Positions 47,504 through 57,326 of a stretch of DNA of 64,000 bases are shown here, in pieces. The translations under genes and the position numbers were made by a program. Origin of the DNA: Dehalococcoidia bacterium (lineage in GTDB: Bacteria; Chloroflexota; Dehalococcoidia; UBA2979); the NCBI GenBank assembly GCA_041674525.1, contig JBAYVN010000002.1, positions 9,841 through 73,840 on the forward strand, written 5' to 3'. The notes beneath the pieces are model-generated. The model searched no databases. It had not been told where the DNA came from and worked only from the letters and a program-made list of their open reading frames with translations. The first letter of the stretch is position 1; each line of letters starts with the position of its first letter.

Positions 47504-47935
47504 CTACTGGCCCTGCCGCTGCTGCGCCTCCACCTGGGCGCGCAGGCGCGTCTCGCTCTCCCGCACCTCGGGAGAGAGCGCATCGCCGAAGTCCTCGGTC
47601 TCGAAGACCTGGCGTATCTCCAGTTCCACGCCGCCACCGAACGGCGCGCGCTTGACCCACTCGATCGCCTCTTCGCGCGACTTGACCTGGATCAGCCAGA
47701 AGCCGGCGATAAGCTCCTTGGTTTCCGCGAACGGACCGTCGATGACGGTGCGGGTGTCGCCATCGAAGCGGATGCGCGCGCCCTTCGAGCTCGGGTGCAG
47801 GCCCTCCCCGGCAAGCATCACCCCCGCCTTCACCATCTCCTCGTTGAACCGGTTCATCTCCTCGAAGATCTGCGCGTCCGGGAGCACGCCGGCCTCAGAC
47901 TCGTCGTTCTCCTTGACCATGACCATGAATCGCAT
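47504..47935 (-). CDS. YciI-like (DGPF domain) protein
   Basis: MRFMVMVKE..., about 143 aa, with a YCII-related pattern. Sits immediately upstream of the COG4941 sigma factor, a commonly seen pairing. Confidence 0.65.
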   Translation of the reverse strand: MRFMVMVKENDESEAGVLPDAQIFEEMNRFNEEMVKAGVMLAGEGLHPSSKGARIRFDGDTRTVIDGPFAETKELIAGFWLIQVKSREEAIEWVKRAPFGGGVELEIRQVFETEDFGDALSPEVRESETRLRAQVEAQQRQGQ

Positions 47936-48073
47936 CGGTGGGTTCCTCTTTCGTCGTTCCATTCTCAGGTGAGGAGCGAATCAGCTCCGTGCATACACGT
48001 CGAACAACGTGCCGCCGGATCGACAGCCGCGCCGGAAGAATCGGTGCAAATCTCCGGTCGATGTGCACAGGAA

Positions 48074-48095
48074 GGGCCCGCGTCGCCGCGGGCCC
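48074..48095 (-). terminator. Hairpin gggcccgcg-tcgc-cgcgggccc downstream of the cyclase gene
   Basis: 9-bp GC stem, 40 nt after the minus-strand stop. Confidence 0.5.
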
Positions 48096-48134
48096 GCTCG
48101 GTGCGCGCCGGGAGCACCCGGACGGTACCGGGTA

Positions 48135-49079
48135 CTAGAAGATCGCGATCGGGTTCACCGGGCACCCGGTGCCGAGCGAGAACTTCAGCGGCGCGATCGT
48201 CATCATGTACTCCCAGCGATTGCGCTCCTCGCACGCCCTGGCGAGGTCGTCGAAGTTCGCCGCGTCGATGAGGTACAGGCCCATCGCCGTGATCCCGATG
48301 TGGTGCACGGGCAGCCGGTCGACGTCGTAGCCGCTCGGGGTCACCTCGGGCCCTTCGCCGCCGATCACCGCGACCCCGCGCTCGTGGAGCCACGGCATGC
48401 ATGCGGCATGGAGGCCGGGGCGGTTCGTCGCGGGCACCGCCTCCGCGCCCTCCTCCAGGCGATGGCGGTAGTGACCGGTGCGCACGAAGAGGATGTCGCC
48501 CTCCTCCACGCGCACGCCCTCCGCGCGCTCGGCCGCCTCCAGATCCTCGGGCAGCACGGGAGTGCCGTTCTCCAGCCACTTCACGCCCTTCAGTCGAGCG
48601 ATGTCGAGGAGCACGCCCCGGCTGACCACGCCGCGCTCCGCGGGCACCTCGATCGACCCGGCGCCCGCGCCGCGCGCGGTGACGAGGTTGGCGGGCTTCC
48701 CGTTGTACATGTAGCCCTCCCAGAACATATGGCTCAGGGCGTCCATGTGCGTGATCGTGTACCCGTGCGGGGCGATGCCGAAGAAGTCGCCGGAGCCGCC
48801 GGCCACGTGCGTGGCCCCCTGCACCTGCGCCTCGCCGGTGCCGGTCATGTAGTGCAGCACCAGGCTGGAGCCGGGGCCCATTTCATAGGTGATCGGGCGC
48901 TCGCAGGAGACCGTGTACCCCTCGCGCACCAGCGAGGCCGCCTGGCGCACCTTCTCGGGCGTGATCAGGTTCAATGTCCCGCGCTCGTCGTCCGCGCCCC
49001 AGCGACCCCAGTTGCTGAGCGACTTGAAGAACCCGAGCAGCTCCGCCTCGGTCGGAAGACTCCGCGATCCTGTGGTCAT
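48135..49079 (-). CDS. Cyclase family protein (PF04199-like), paralog of 9241..10185
   Basis: NWGRWGADDERGTLN and THMDALSHM motifs. Start at MTTGSRSL. Confidence 0.75.
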   Translation of the reverse strand: MTTGSRSLPTEAELLGFFKSLSNWGRWGADDERGTLNLITPEKVRQAASLVREGYTVSCERPITYEMGPGSSLVLHYMTGTGEAQVQGATHVAGGSGDFFGIAPHGYTITHMDALSHMFWEGYMYNGKPANLVTARGAGAGSIEVPAERGVVSRGVLLDIARLKGVKWLENGTPVLPEDLEAAERAEGVRVEEGDILFVRTGHYRHRLEEGAEAVPATNRPGLHAACMPWLHERGVAVIGGEGPEVTPSGYDVDRLPVHHIGITAMGLYLIDAANFDDLARACEERNRWEYMMTIAPLKFSLGTGCPVNPIAIF

Positions 49080-49243
49080 GCCGGTCTCCTCGCACGCTGA
49101 ACCCGGGGTGATTACAGAAATTATCGCCGGAACCATAGACCTGCGCGGATCGGCTGTCCACATTCTCGCGAGCGAACGAGTATCCTGCCCCGGGCCGCGC
49201 CGAGGCGGCCCCCGTCACGCCCGAGGAGCGACTCCGAAGGAGG

Positions 49244-50053
49244 GTGCTCGCCATGCAGCAGCCGGACCGCCGCAGTTCGTTCGACGACGTTCCCGCCATC
49301 TACGACCGTGCCCGCCCGGAGTACCCTCCGGCGCTGTTCGACGACCTGTTCGCGTACCTGAACGAGCGCGCCGCCCGTCCGCAACCCGCGATCATCGAGG
49401 TCGGTCCGGGGACCGGGCAGGCGACGCACGCGCTCCTGGAACGCGGGGCGCTCGTGACCGCCGTAGAGCTCGGGCCGAACATGGCGGAATACCTGGCCGC
49501 GAAGTACGCGGGCCGATCCGGCCTGCGCGTGCTCACCGGCGCCTTCGAGGACGCGCCGCTGGAGCCCGGCCGCTGGGACGCGGTGTTCGCGGCCACCGCG
49601 TACCACTGGGTGGACCGCGCGGAGCGCATGCGGCGGCCGCACGCGCTGCTGGTGCCCGGCGGTGTGCTCGCCGTCGTGGACACGAACCAGGTGCGCAGCG
49701 AGGCGGACCGCGGCTTCTTCGAACGCTCGCACCCGATCTACCTGAAGTACCGCCCGGGCGAGCCGATGGGCCAGGGCCTGCCGCTGGACCTGGTCCCGCC
49801 GATCTTCGACGAGATGTGCGAGAGCGGGCTCTTCGAGGACGTTCGCCTGTGGCGCTACCGCTGGGACCAGCGGTACGACGCCGACGAGTACGCCGACCTG
49901 GTGATGTCGTACTCGGACGCGCAGAACATGGAGCCCGGGCCGCGCGCGGGCCTGATCGCGGACCTGCGCGCGATGGTGGCCGCGGAGCCCGGCGGCTGCG
50001 TGGTGCGGCCGCTCGTGATCACGCTCGCGGCGGGGCGGCGCACTGGTCCGTAG
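49244..50053 (+). CDS. Class I SAM-dependent methyltransferase
   Basis: Motif I (IIEVGPGTGQAT) and motif II region. Confidence 0.75.
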   Translation: MLAMQQPDRRSSFDDVPAIYDRARPEYPPALFDDLFAYLNERAARPQPAIIEVGPGTGQATHALLERGALVTAVELGPNMAEYLAAKYAGRSGLRVLTGAFEDAPLEPGRWDAVFAATAYHWVDRAERMRRPHALLVPGGVLAVVDTNQVRSEADRGFFERSHPIYLKYRPGEPMGQGLPLDLVPPIFDEMCESGLFEDVRLWRYRWDQRYDADEYADLVMSYSDAQNMEPGPRAGLIADLRAMVAAEPGGCVVRPLVITLAAGRRTGP

Positions 50054-50262
50054 GCTGCACTGGAGGCCAGTGCCGTCGCCGAGCCGGGCGTGACGGGCAC
50101 GCCCGCACCGCCCCCTCGCACGAGACGACCGCACCGGTCCCGGGCCACGCGCTGACCGCTCCCGTCGCACTCCGGTCGCACGGCCGCCATCCTCGAGCCG
50201 GCCGGAGGCTCAACGGGATTTCACCGGTAGAATGATGTGACCTCTGGGGAGGGGGCGAACAC

Positions 50263-53200
50263 GTGTTTCAGAAGATCCTCGTGGCCAACCGCGGCGAGAT
50301 CGCGATCCGAGCGTTCCGCGCGGCGCACGAGCTGGGTGTGCGCACCGTCGCCATCTTCCCGTACGAGGATCGCTCCTCCACCCACCGCATGACGGCGGAC
50401 GAGGCGTACCAGATCGGCGTCCCCGGCCACCCGGTGCGGGCTTACCTCGACATCGCGGAGATCATCCGCGTCGCGAAGGTGTCCGGCGCGGACGCGATAT
50501 ATCCTGGCTACGGGTTCCTCTCGGAGAACCCCGCGCTCGCCGAGGCGTGCCAGGAAGCCGGGATCACCTTCATCGGCCCGCCGGCGAGCGTGCTGACGAT
50601 GGCGGGGAACAAGGTCACGGCGAAGGAGCACGCGGTCGCCGCGGGCGTGCCCGTGCTCAAGTCCACCCCCGCATCCCGGGATGTCGCCGAGCTGCTGCGC
50701 GGCGCGGACGAGGTCGGCTTCCCGATCTTCGCGAAGGCCGTGGCCGGGGGCGGCGGGCGCGGGATGCGCCGCGTCGACAGGCGCGAGCAACTGCCCGCGG
50801 CCCTCGAGGAGGCGATGCGTGAGGCGGAGACTGCCTTCGGCGACGCCACCATGTTCCTGGAGCAGGCGTTCCTGAACCCGCGCCACATCGAGGTGCAGAT
50901 CCTCGCCGACGCGCACGGCGACGTCGTGCACCTCTTCGAGCGCGACTGCTCGCTGCAGCGGCGGCACCAGAAGGTGATCGAGATCGCCCCCGCGCCGAAC
51001 CTCGACTCCCGCATCCGCGAGGCGCTCTTCCGGGACGCGGTCGCCTTCGCACGCGCGATCGGGTACGTGAACGCCGGGACCGTGGAGTTCCTGGTCGACA
51101 CCGTCAGCAATCACGCCGGGCAGCACGTGTTCATCGAGATGAACCCGCGCATCCAGGTGGAGCACACCGTCACCGAGGAGGTGACGGACGTCGACCTGGT
51201 GCAGGCGCAGATCCGCATCGCCGCCGGCGAGCGCCTCGAAGACCTCGGCATCCGCCAGGCGGACCTGCGCGTGCGGGGCGCCGCGCTGCAGTGCCGCGTC
51301 ACCACCGAGGATCCGCAGGCCAACTTCCGCCCGGACATCGGCCGGATCACGCAGTACCACTCCCCCGGTGGCGCCGGCGTGCGCCTGGACGGCGGCACGA
51401 TCAACCTCGGCACGGAGATCGGGCCGTACTTCGACTCGATGCTGGTGAAGCTCACCTGCCGCGGCAGGGACTTCCCACAGGCGGTGAGCCGTGCGCGGCG
51501 GTCGCTGGCCGAGTTCCGCATCCGCGGCGTCTCCACCAACATCCCGTTCCTGCAGGCCGTGCTGACGGATCCGGCGTTCCTGCGCGGCGCGCTCACCACC
51601 GCATTCATCGATGAGCGCCCGGACCTGTTGCGCGCGAACCCCGCGCGGGACCGCGGTTCGCGGATCGTGGCGTGGCTCGCGGACGTTACCGTGAACCAGC
51701 CGTACGGCAGCCGTGGCAAGATCATCAGCCCCGCGGAGAAGCTCCCGCGTATCAACCTGGACGGCCCGGTCCCCCCGGGCTCGCGCGATCGGCTGCTGGC
51801 GCTCGGCCCCGCGGGATTCGCGCGCGCGCTTCGTCAGCAGACCGCGCTGGCCGTCACCGAGACGACGTTTCGCGATGCCCACCAGTCGCTGCTGGCGACG
51901 CGCGTGCGCACGCGCGACCTGATCGCGGTCGCGCCGTACGTCGCGAGGACCACGCCGGAGCTGCTCTCCATCGAGGCGTGGGGCGGCGCGACGTATGACG
52001 CGGCGTTGCGCTTCCTGGGCGAGGATCCGTGGCAGCGGCTGGCCGCGCTGCGCGAGGCGCTGCCCAACGTGAACATCCAGATGCTGCTGCGCGGCCGCAA
52101 CACCGTGGGCTATACGCCCTACCCAACCGAGGTCACGGACGCCTTCGTGCGCGAGGCGGCCAGCACGGGCGTCGACATCTTCCGCATCTTCGATGCGCTG
52201 AACGACGTCTCGCAGATGCGCCCGGCGATCGAGTCCGTGCTCGCCACGGGGACGGCCGTCGCGGAGGTGGCGCTGTGCTACACGGGCGACCTCCTGGACC
52301 CCGCGGAGACGCTCTACACCCTCGACTACTACCTGAAGCTCGCCGAGCAGATCGTCCAGGCGGGCGCCCACATCCTCGCCATCAAGGACATGGCCGGGCT
52401 GCTGCGTCCGACCGCGGCCGAGACCCTGGTGACCGCCCTGCGCGAGCGCTTCGACCTGCCGGTGCACCTGCACACCCACGACACGCCGGGCGGGCAGCTC
52501 GCCGCGCTGCTGTACGCGAGCCGAGCGGGCGTCGACGCCGTGGACGTGGCGAGCGCGCCGATGGCCGGGACCACGAGCCAGCCGCCTGCCTCCGCGCTGG
52601 TCGCGGCGCTGGCGCACACCCCGCGCGACACCGGCATTTCGCTGCAGGCCGTCAGCGACCTCGAGCCGTACTGGGAGGCCGTGCGCCACGTGTACCGGCC
52701 GTTCGAGTCGGGACTGCCGGCGCCCACCGGCCGCGTCTACCGGCACGAGATCCCCGGCGGCCAGCTCTCCAACCTCCGCCAGCAGGCGATCAGCCTCGGC
52801 CTGGGCGAGCAGTTCGAGAAGGTCGAGGACTGGTACGCCACCGCGAACCAGATCCTGGGCCGCCCGCCGAAGGTAACGCCGTCGTCGAAGGCCGTGGGCG
52901 ACCTCGCGATGTACCTCGCGGCCGTCAACGCCGACCCCGTCTACTTCGAGGAGCACCCGGAGCGCTACGACATCCCGGACTCAGTCATCGGGTTCATGGC
53001 CGGCGAGTTGGGAGACCTCCCGGGAGGATGGCCGGAGCCCTTCCGCAGCAAGATCCTCGAGGGCCGCAAGGTCGACATCGGCGTCAAGCCGATCAGCGGC
53101 GAAGACCGCGAGGCGCTGAACGGCGACGCGGCGTCGCGGCGCCACGCGCTCAACCGGCTGCTCTTCCCGGATGCCCTGGAGGACTTCCAGCGCGTCACCG

Positions 53201-53667
53201 ATCGCTACGGGGATCTGTCCGTGGTCGACACGGTGGAGTACCTGTACGGCCTGGAGCGCGGCAAGGAGCACCAGGTGGAGGTGGCGAAGGGCGTCATCCT
53301 CTACGTGGGCCTCGAGGCGATCGGGGAGGCCGACGAGCGCGGCATTCGCACGGTGATGACGACGCTCAACGGCCAGCTGCGGCCGGTGTACGTCACTGAC
53401 CGCCACATCGTGACGCGGGTGCTCGGCGCCGAGAAGGCCGACCCCGCCCGCCCGGGCCAGGTGGCCGCGCCGTTCTCGGGCTTCGTCACCATCCAGGTGC
53501 AGGTGGGCGACGCCGTCACCGCGGGCCAGACGGTCGCGACCATCGAGGCGATGAAGATGGAGGCCGCGATCACTGCTCCGATCGCGGGCATCGTGAAGCG
53601 CATCGTCATCTCGGAGACGCGGCAGGTGAACGGCGGCGACCTGCTGATGCAGATCGAGGCGCCCTGA
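50263..53667 (+). CDS. pyc: Pyruvate carboxylase (single-chain: biotin carboxylase + carboxyltransferase + biotinyl domains)
   Basis: 1134 aa. ATP-grasp BC domain, DRE-TIM carboxyltransferase (..FRIFDALND..), C-terminal biotin attachment motif (EAMKME). Confidence 0.9.
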   Translation: MFQKILVANRGEIAIRAFRAAHELGVRTVAIFPYEDRSSTHRMTADEAYQIGVPGHPVRAYLDIAEIIRVAKVSGADAIYPGYGFLSENPALAEACQEAGITFIGPPASVLTMAGNKVTAKEHAVAAGVPVLKSTPASRDVAELLRGADEVGFPIFAKAVAGGGGRGMRRVDRREQLPAALEEAMREAETAFGDATMFLEQAFLNPRHIEVQILADAHGDVVHLFERDCSLQRRHQKVIEIAPAPNLDSRIREALFRDAVAFARAIGYVNAGTVEFLVDTVSNHAGQHVFIEMNPRIQVEHTVTEEVTDVDLVQAQIRIAAGERLEDLGIRQADLRVRGAALQCRVTTEDPQANFRPDIGRITQYHSPGGAGVRLDGGTINLGTEIGPYFDSMLVKLTCRGRDFPQAVSRARRSLAEFRIRGVSTNIPFLQAVLTDPAFLRGALTTAFIDERPDLLRANPARDRGSRIVAWLADVTVNQPYGSRGKIISPAEKLPRINLDGPVPPGSRDRLLALGPAGFARALRQQTALAVTETTFRDAHQSLLATRVRTRDLIAVAPYVARTTPELLSIEAWGGATYDAALRFLGEDPWQRLAALREALPNVNIQMLLRGRNTVGYTPYPTEVTDAFVREAASTGVDIFRIFDALNDVSQMRPAIESVLATGTAVAEVALCYTGDLLDPAETLYTLDYYLKLAEQIVQAGAHILAIKDMAGLLRPTAAETLVTALRERFDLPVHLHTHDTPGGQLAALLYASRAGVDAVDVASAPMAGTTSQPPASALVAALAHTPRDTGISLQAVSDLEPYWEAVRHVYRPFESGLPAPTGRVYRHEIPGGQLSNLRQQAISLGLGEQFEKVEDWYATANQILGRPPKVTPSSKAVGDLAMYLAAVNADPVYFEEHPERYDIPDSVIGFMAGELGDLPGGWPEPFRSKILEGRKVDIGVKPISGEDREALNGDAASRRHALNRLLFPDALEDFQRVTDRYGDLSVVDTVEYLYGLERGKEHQVEVAKGVILYVGLEAIGEADERGIRTVMTTLNGQLRPVYVTDRHIVTRVLGAEKADPARPGQVAAPFSGFVTIQVQVGDAVTAGQTVATIEAMKMEAAITAPIAGIVKRIVISETRQVNGGDLLMQIEAP

Positions 53668-53696
53668 GCCCCGTCACCATCCAGTACGGAGCGACC

Positions 53697-53724
53697 GAGC
53701 AGCCCGCCGAAGGGCGGGCTGCTC
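53697..53724. terminator. Bidirectional hairpin gagcagcccgcc-gaag-ggcgggctgctc
   Basis: Between the convergent pyc (+) and AOR (-) genes. Confidence 0.65.
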
Positions 53725-53767
53725 GTTGCGGGACGCCCTCTGTCTCGGAACCCGCTGTCTGAACCTG

Positions 53768-55648
53768 CTACGACTGCTTCCAGATCGCCGGCACCAGGTC
53801 ATCGAGGCCGAGCGCCTGCAACGTCCCCGGCAGGGGACGGCCGCTCTCCCGGTCGCGCCCCATCAGCTCGTAGTAGTTGTCGAGCATGGCCTCCCAGTGC
53901 GGCCGCACGGACTTCCCCTCGGCGGGGCCGTCGATCGGCGCGGTGCTCCACCGCGTCGAGGGCTGCTCGGACGCCGGGGTGATGCCGTGCAGCACGTTGA
54001 ACACGCGCATCACGTTCGCCGCGCGGAAGCCGACCTGCTGCGCCTCCTCCAGCGTGAAGTCCCACCCCGTCACGGCGTTCAGCTGGTCGACGATGTGCTG
54101 CAGGGGCACGCGGGTGCAGAAGACGCAGGTGCCCAGGGTGTCCTCGAACTGCCGCCGCCCGGTCGCCTTCGCCACGTTGGTGGACACCTGCTCCGGCGAG
54201 AATGCATCGGTGATGCCGGGGATGCCCGACGCCGGGTCCGCGGGCCCCATGTACCCGGACTGGTACGTCGCGATGTCTGCCGTCGCGGTGTCGAACATCT
54301 CGCGCCACATCGCGCGGTGGTCGTGGCCGCGCGGCGAGTGGCCCTTCTTCGCGTAGATGCCGGCCTGCATAGCGGACGGGCCCAGCGCCTCGGCCGCGCG
54401 CATCGTGCCCTCGGCGAGCACGTTCGCGAAGTGGCCGTCCCGCATCGCGATGCGCTCCAGCAGCGTGCGCATAGCGGCGGTGTTGCCCCACTTCAGCTCC
54501 AGGCCACCCGTGTCCTCCGGCGAGAGCTCGCCCTTCTCGTAGAGCTCGATCACCATCGAGAGGAGGAAGCCGGCCTCGTTGCTCTCCAGTCCGAGGCGGG
54601 TGTTGAGGTTCGCGAGGATCAGCGTCTCCGCCGGGTCGCCGTTGCCGACGAGCGGGCCCCACGCCGCGTACATCTCGTACTCGGGCTCCTCCACGGTCTG
54701 GCCTTTGTAGGGACCGTCGGTGAACGTGATCATGTGGCAGTGGTGCTGGATGCAGGCCCAGCACGGGTTCATCTTCGCCGACCACGTGGCGCGAGTGTGC
54801 TCGTTGGTCATCAGATCGGACTCGGGGTAGAAGTTCGTGGTGTAGTTGCGGATCGGCAGCGTCCCCACCGACATCCGCGACTTCGAGGACTCGTACGTGC
54901 CGCCGGTGCCCCAGTTGAAGAGGTGCCGCCCCTGCGGGTAGGACTGCAGCACGTCCCAGATCTCCTTCGCGATCTGGCCGACGCGCTGGGGCTGCGCGAC
55001 CTGCACGCTGCTGCCTCGGCCGCGCGCCGCGCAGAACGCCTTCAGGTGCTTCGCGCCCATCACCGCGCCCACGCCGTTGTGCCCGGCGGCGTGGTCCTTG
55101 TCGCCGAAGATTCCCGCGAACTTCACGCCGTTCTCGCCAGCCGGGCCCACGCAGAGCACGCTCATGCCGCGCTCGGTGTACCCCAGCTCCGCCTTGATCG
55201 CGTCCTCCGTCTCCCACGTGTCCTTGCCCATGACGGCGGCCGCGTCGCGCAACTCCGCGACGCCGTCGTGCATGTACAGGTAGACCCACCGATTCGCCTG
55301 GCCGGTGACGACGATCGCGTCGTACCCGGCGAACTTCATGTAGGCGCCCATGAAGCCGTTGGCCTGCGTGGACGTGGCGCCGTTGGTGAGCGGGCCCTTC
55401 GTCGAGATCGAGATCATCCCGGAGCCACCCGCGCGCGTCCCGCCCAGCGGACCGGACGCGATGATCAGGCAGTTCTCCGGGTCGTCCCACTCCACGCCCG
55501 GCGGGACCTCCTCGTACAGGTACTTCGCGCCGAGGCCGACGCCGCCGACCCACTTCCGGAGCGTCGCCTCGTCCAGGGTTTCGTCGGTGAGGGTCTCGGC
55601 GGTGAGATCCACGCGCAGGATCTTCCCCGCGTATCCGTTCAGGGACAT
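53768..55648 (-). CDS. Aldehyde:ferredoxin oxidoreductase family (tungsten/molybdopterin, AOR)
   Basis: 626 aa from MSLNGYAGKILRVDL, with AOR_N and AOR_C patterns and [4Fe-4S] Cys ligands (C..C..C). Confidence 0.85.
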   Translation of the reverse strand: MSLNGYAGKILRVDLTAETLTDETLDEATLRKWVGGVGLGAKYLYEEVPPGVEWDDPENCLIIASGPLGGTRAGGSGMISISTKGPLTNGATSTQANGFMGAYMKFAGYDAIVVTGQANRWVYLYMHDGVAELRDAAAVMGKDTWETEDAIKAELGYTERGMSVLCVGPAGENGVKFAGIFGDKDHAAGHNGVGAVMGAKHLKAFCAARGRGSSVQVAQPQRVGQIAKEIWDVLQSYPQGRHLFNWGTGGTYESSKSRMSVGTLPIRNYTTNFYPESDLMTNEHTRATWSAKMNPCWACIQHHCHMITFTDGPYKGQTVEEPEYEMYAAWGPLVGNGDPAETLILANLNTRLGLESNEAGFLLSMVIELYEKGELSPEDTGGLELKWGNTAAMRTLLERIAMRDGHFANVLAEGTMRAAEALGPSAMQAGIYAKKGHSPRGHDHRAMWREMFDTATADIATYQSGYMGPADPASGIPGITDAFSPEQVSTNVAKATGRRQFEDTLGTCVFCTRVPLQHIVDQLNAVTGWDFTLEEAQQVGFRAANVMRVFNVLHGITPASEQPSTRWSTAPIDGPAEGKSVRPHWEAMLDNYYELMGRDRESGRPLPGTLQALGLDDLVPAIWKQS

Positions 55649-55977
55649 GGCATCCTCCTCGCGATCTCTTCGCATGCGCCTCCGGCGAACGCCGGGAGAA
55701 TCAGGATCGTGTCGCCGTCCACCAGCACCGTGTCCAGGCCGCCGGCGAGCTCCACCACGCGATCGTTGAGCACGACGCGCACGGCCTCGGTCAACTCGCG
55801 TGACGACCGGTCGATGAGCACGCCGTCCAGCGCCGCGTGCTCATCGGCGAGGTGGCCCAGCAGATCGAGGATCGTGTCGCCGTTCTCGATCGGTGCGGTG
55901 AATCGCAGGTGCTCGCCCCCGGCGGCGCTGAAGTACGGTGCGAGCATCGGCATCACGTCCACCGTCACCTCGCTCAT
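55639..55977 (-). CDS. MoaD/ThiS-like sulfur-carrier protein with a C-terminal extension after the GG motif
   Basis: About 112 aa. Beta-grasp pattern ending ..DGDTILILPAFAGG, followed by ACEEIARRMPCP. Its 3' end overlaps the AOR start by 10 nt. Confidence 0.5.
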   Translation of the reverse strand: MSEVTVDVMPMLAPYFSAAGGEHLRFTAPIENGDTILDLLGHLADEHAALDGVLIDRSSRELTEAVRVVLNDRVVELAGGLDTVLVDGDTILILPAFAGGACEEIARRMPCP

Positions 55978-56200
55978 CTCGACGGCTCGCCTCGAACGCG
56001 CGCACCTGCGATCGCCTGGGGCGATCGCAGCAATGGTGATTCGATCGCAGCGTGCGCCGTGGCGACGGGATATCACAAGGGACATCGGTCCCGTGCTGGG
56101 TGTGACATTCGCGCGTTCGCCGCTGGAGGAATAGAGGCGGAAGCACCGTATGGCACCCGCGTGCAGCACCGGCGCTCGTGCCGCCGCGGTGGCCGCTGCC

Positions 56201-56395
56201 TTACGAACGCCGCCCGCGCACGCCGCCGAGGATGGGCGAGCCCGCGCCGAGCAGGAAGCCGAAGTCGTACCAGTTCCCCCCGCGCGCCACGTCGAAGAGG
56301 GGGTACTCGCGGAACGCGCCGAAGACGTGCGCGATCAGCACCACCCACGCGGTCAGGCCATTCCAGAAGCCCCAGAGGAGATCCTGCCACCACAT
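56201..56395 (-). CDS. Small hydrophobic hypothetical protein
   Basis: MWWQDLLWGFWNGLTAWVVLIAHVFGAF... 64 aa, one to two TM helices. Confidence 0.4.
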   Translation of the reverse strand: MWWQDLLWGFWNGLTAWVVLIAHVFGAFREYPLFDVARGGNWYDFGFLLGAGSPILGGVRGRRS

Positions 56396-56956
56396 GCCGC
56401 CATTCTCGCACACCGGATCCCGCGCACCCGGGCCCGCGGCGACGGAACGTGATGGCACGGGCGGTGCTGGACCCTCCTTCACCCGGCTAGCACCGGAGGT
56501 TCGCATCCGACCGGATACTCACGAATGACACTACATTGAACCGAGGGGCATCAATGCGGCTCAACGTGAGAGCGGCGTTCGAGTCACTCCAACTCGCCGC
56601 CGACCAGTGGCTCTTTCACTTTGCTAACGCCGTCTCCTTGTCAGCAGTTCGGCCCGCCCGCGCCGGTTGATCTCATCGAAGAGATGTCACGTCTCCTCGC
56701 CAACCACTCACTCAATCACGTCACGATCAACGACGAGACCTGTGACCTCACCTTGGCCTTCGACTCTTCGTCACTGCCAGCGAGGTCCTGCTGCTTCCGG
56801 CTCGCCTCCTTCTCCTGCGGCGCTAACACATTCGCACGTAGCCGCACCATCCGCGCGCCCGCGCAGGGGTGAACCGCGAAGCGACCGCCTCGGGTAGAGT
56901 CGGAGTGGTCGCGAGCGGGGGCGCGGGCCCGGGGACCCTGATCGTGGAGGTGGAGC

Positions 56957-57310
56957 ATGCCAGGCAAGCAGCTGTCGCAGCAGGAGATCAACCGCGAGTT
57001 GCAGCGCGATCAGTACGCGCAGGCCAGCGGCAGCACGGGCGAGCAACGGCGCGTGACGGCCGTCGTCGCCTTCAACGCCGCCGACTTCGATCAGTGGTGC
57101 AAGGCCAACGGGAAGAATCCGCGCGATCGCAACCTGCTGATGGTGACCGCGGCCACGGCGCGCGGACTGCAGAACGCCCACCTGGAGGTCACCGGGCGCG
57201 GCATGTGGCGCGCCGACATCCACGCGCTGATGGTCGCGCTGGTGCCCATGCTGGACCGCCCCTCGCAGCAGCGGCTCGCGGGCATGGGATGGGGCCAGCC
57301 CATCCCCTGA
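56957..57310 (+). CDS. Hypothetical protein
   Basis: 117-aa ORF with a GGAGGTGGAGC upstream. Its 5' end sits at the edge of a lower-GC segment. No known motif recognised. Confidence 0.4.
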   Translation: MPGKQLSQQEINRELQRDQYAQASGSTGEQRRVTAVVAFNAADFDQWCKANGKNPRDRNLLMVTAATARGLQNAHLEVTGRGMWRADIHALMVALVPMLDRPSQQRLAGMGWGQPIP

Positions 57311-57326
57311 CCTCGTCCGCGCGAGT

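Noticed and set aside
50221-52956. 911-aa minus-strand ORF
   Set aside because: Antisense shadow of pyruvate carboxylase.
53726-56134. 802-aa plus-strand ORF
   Set aside because: Antisense shadow of the AOR and MoaD-like genes.
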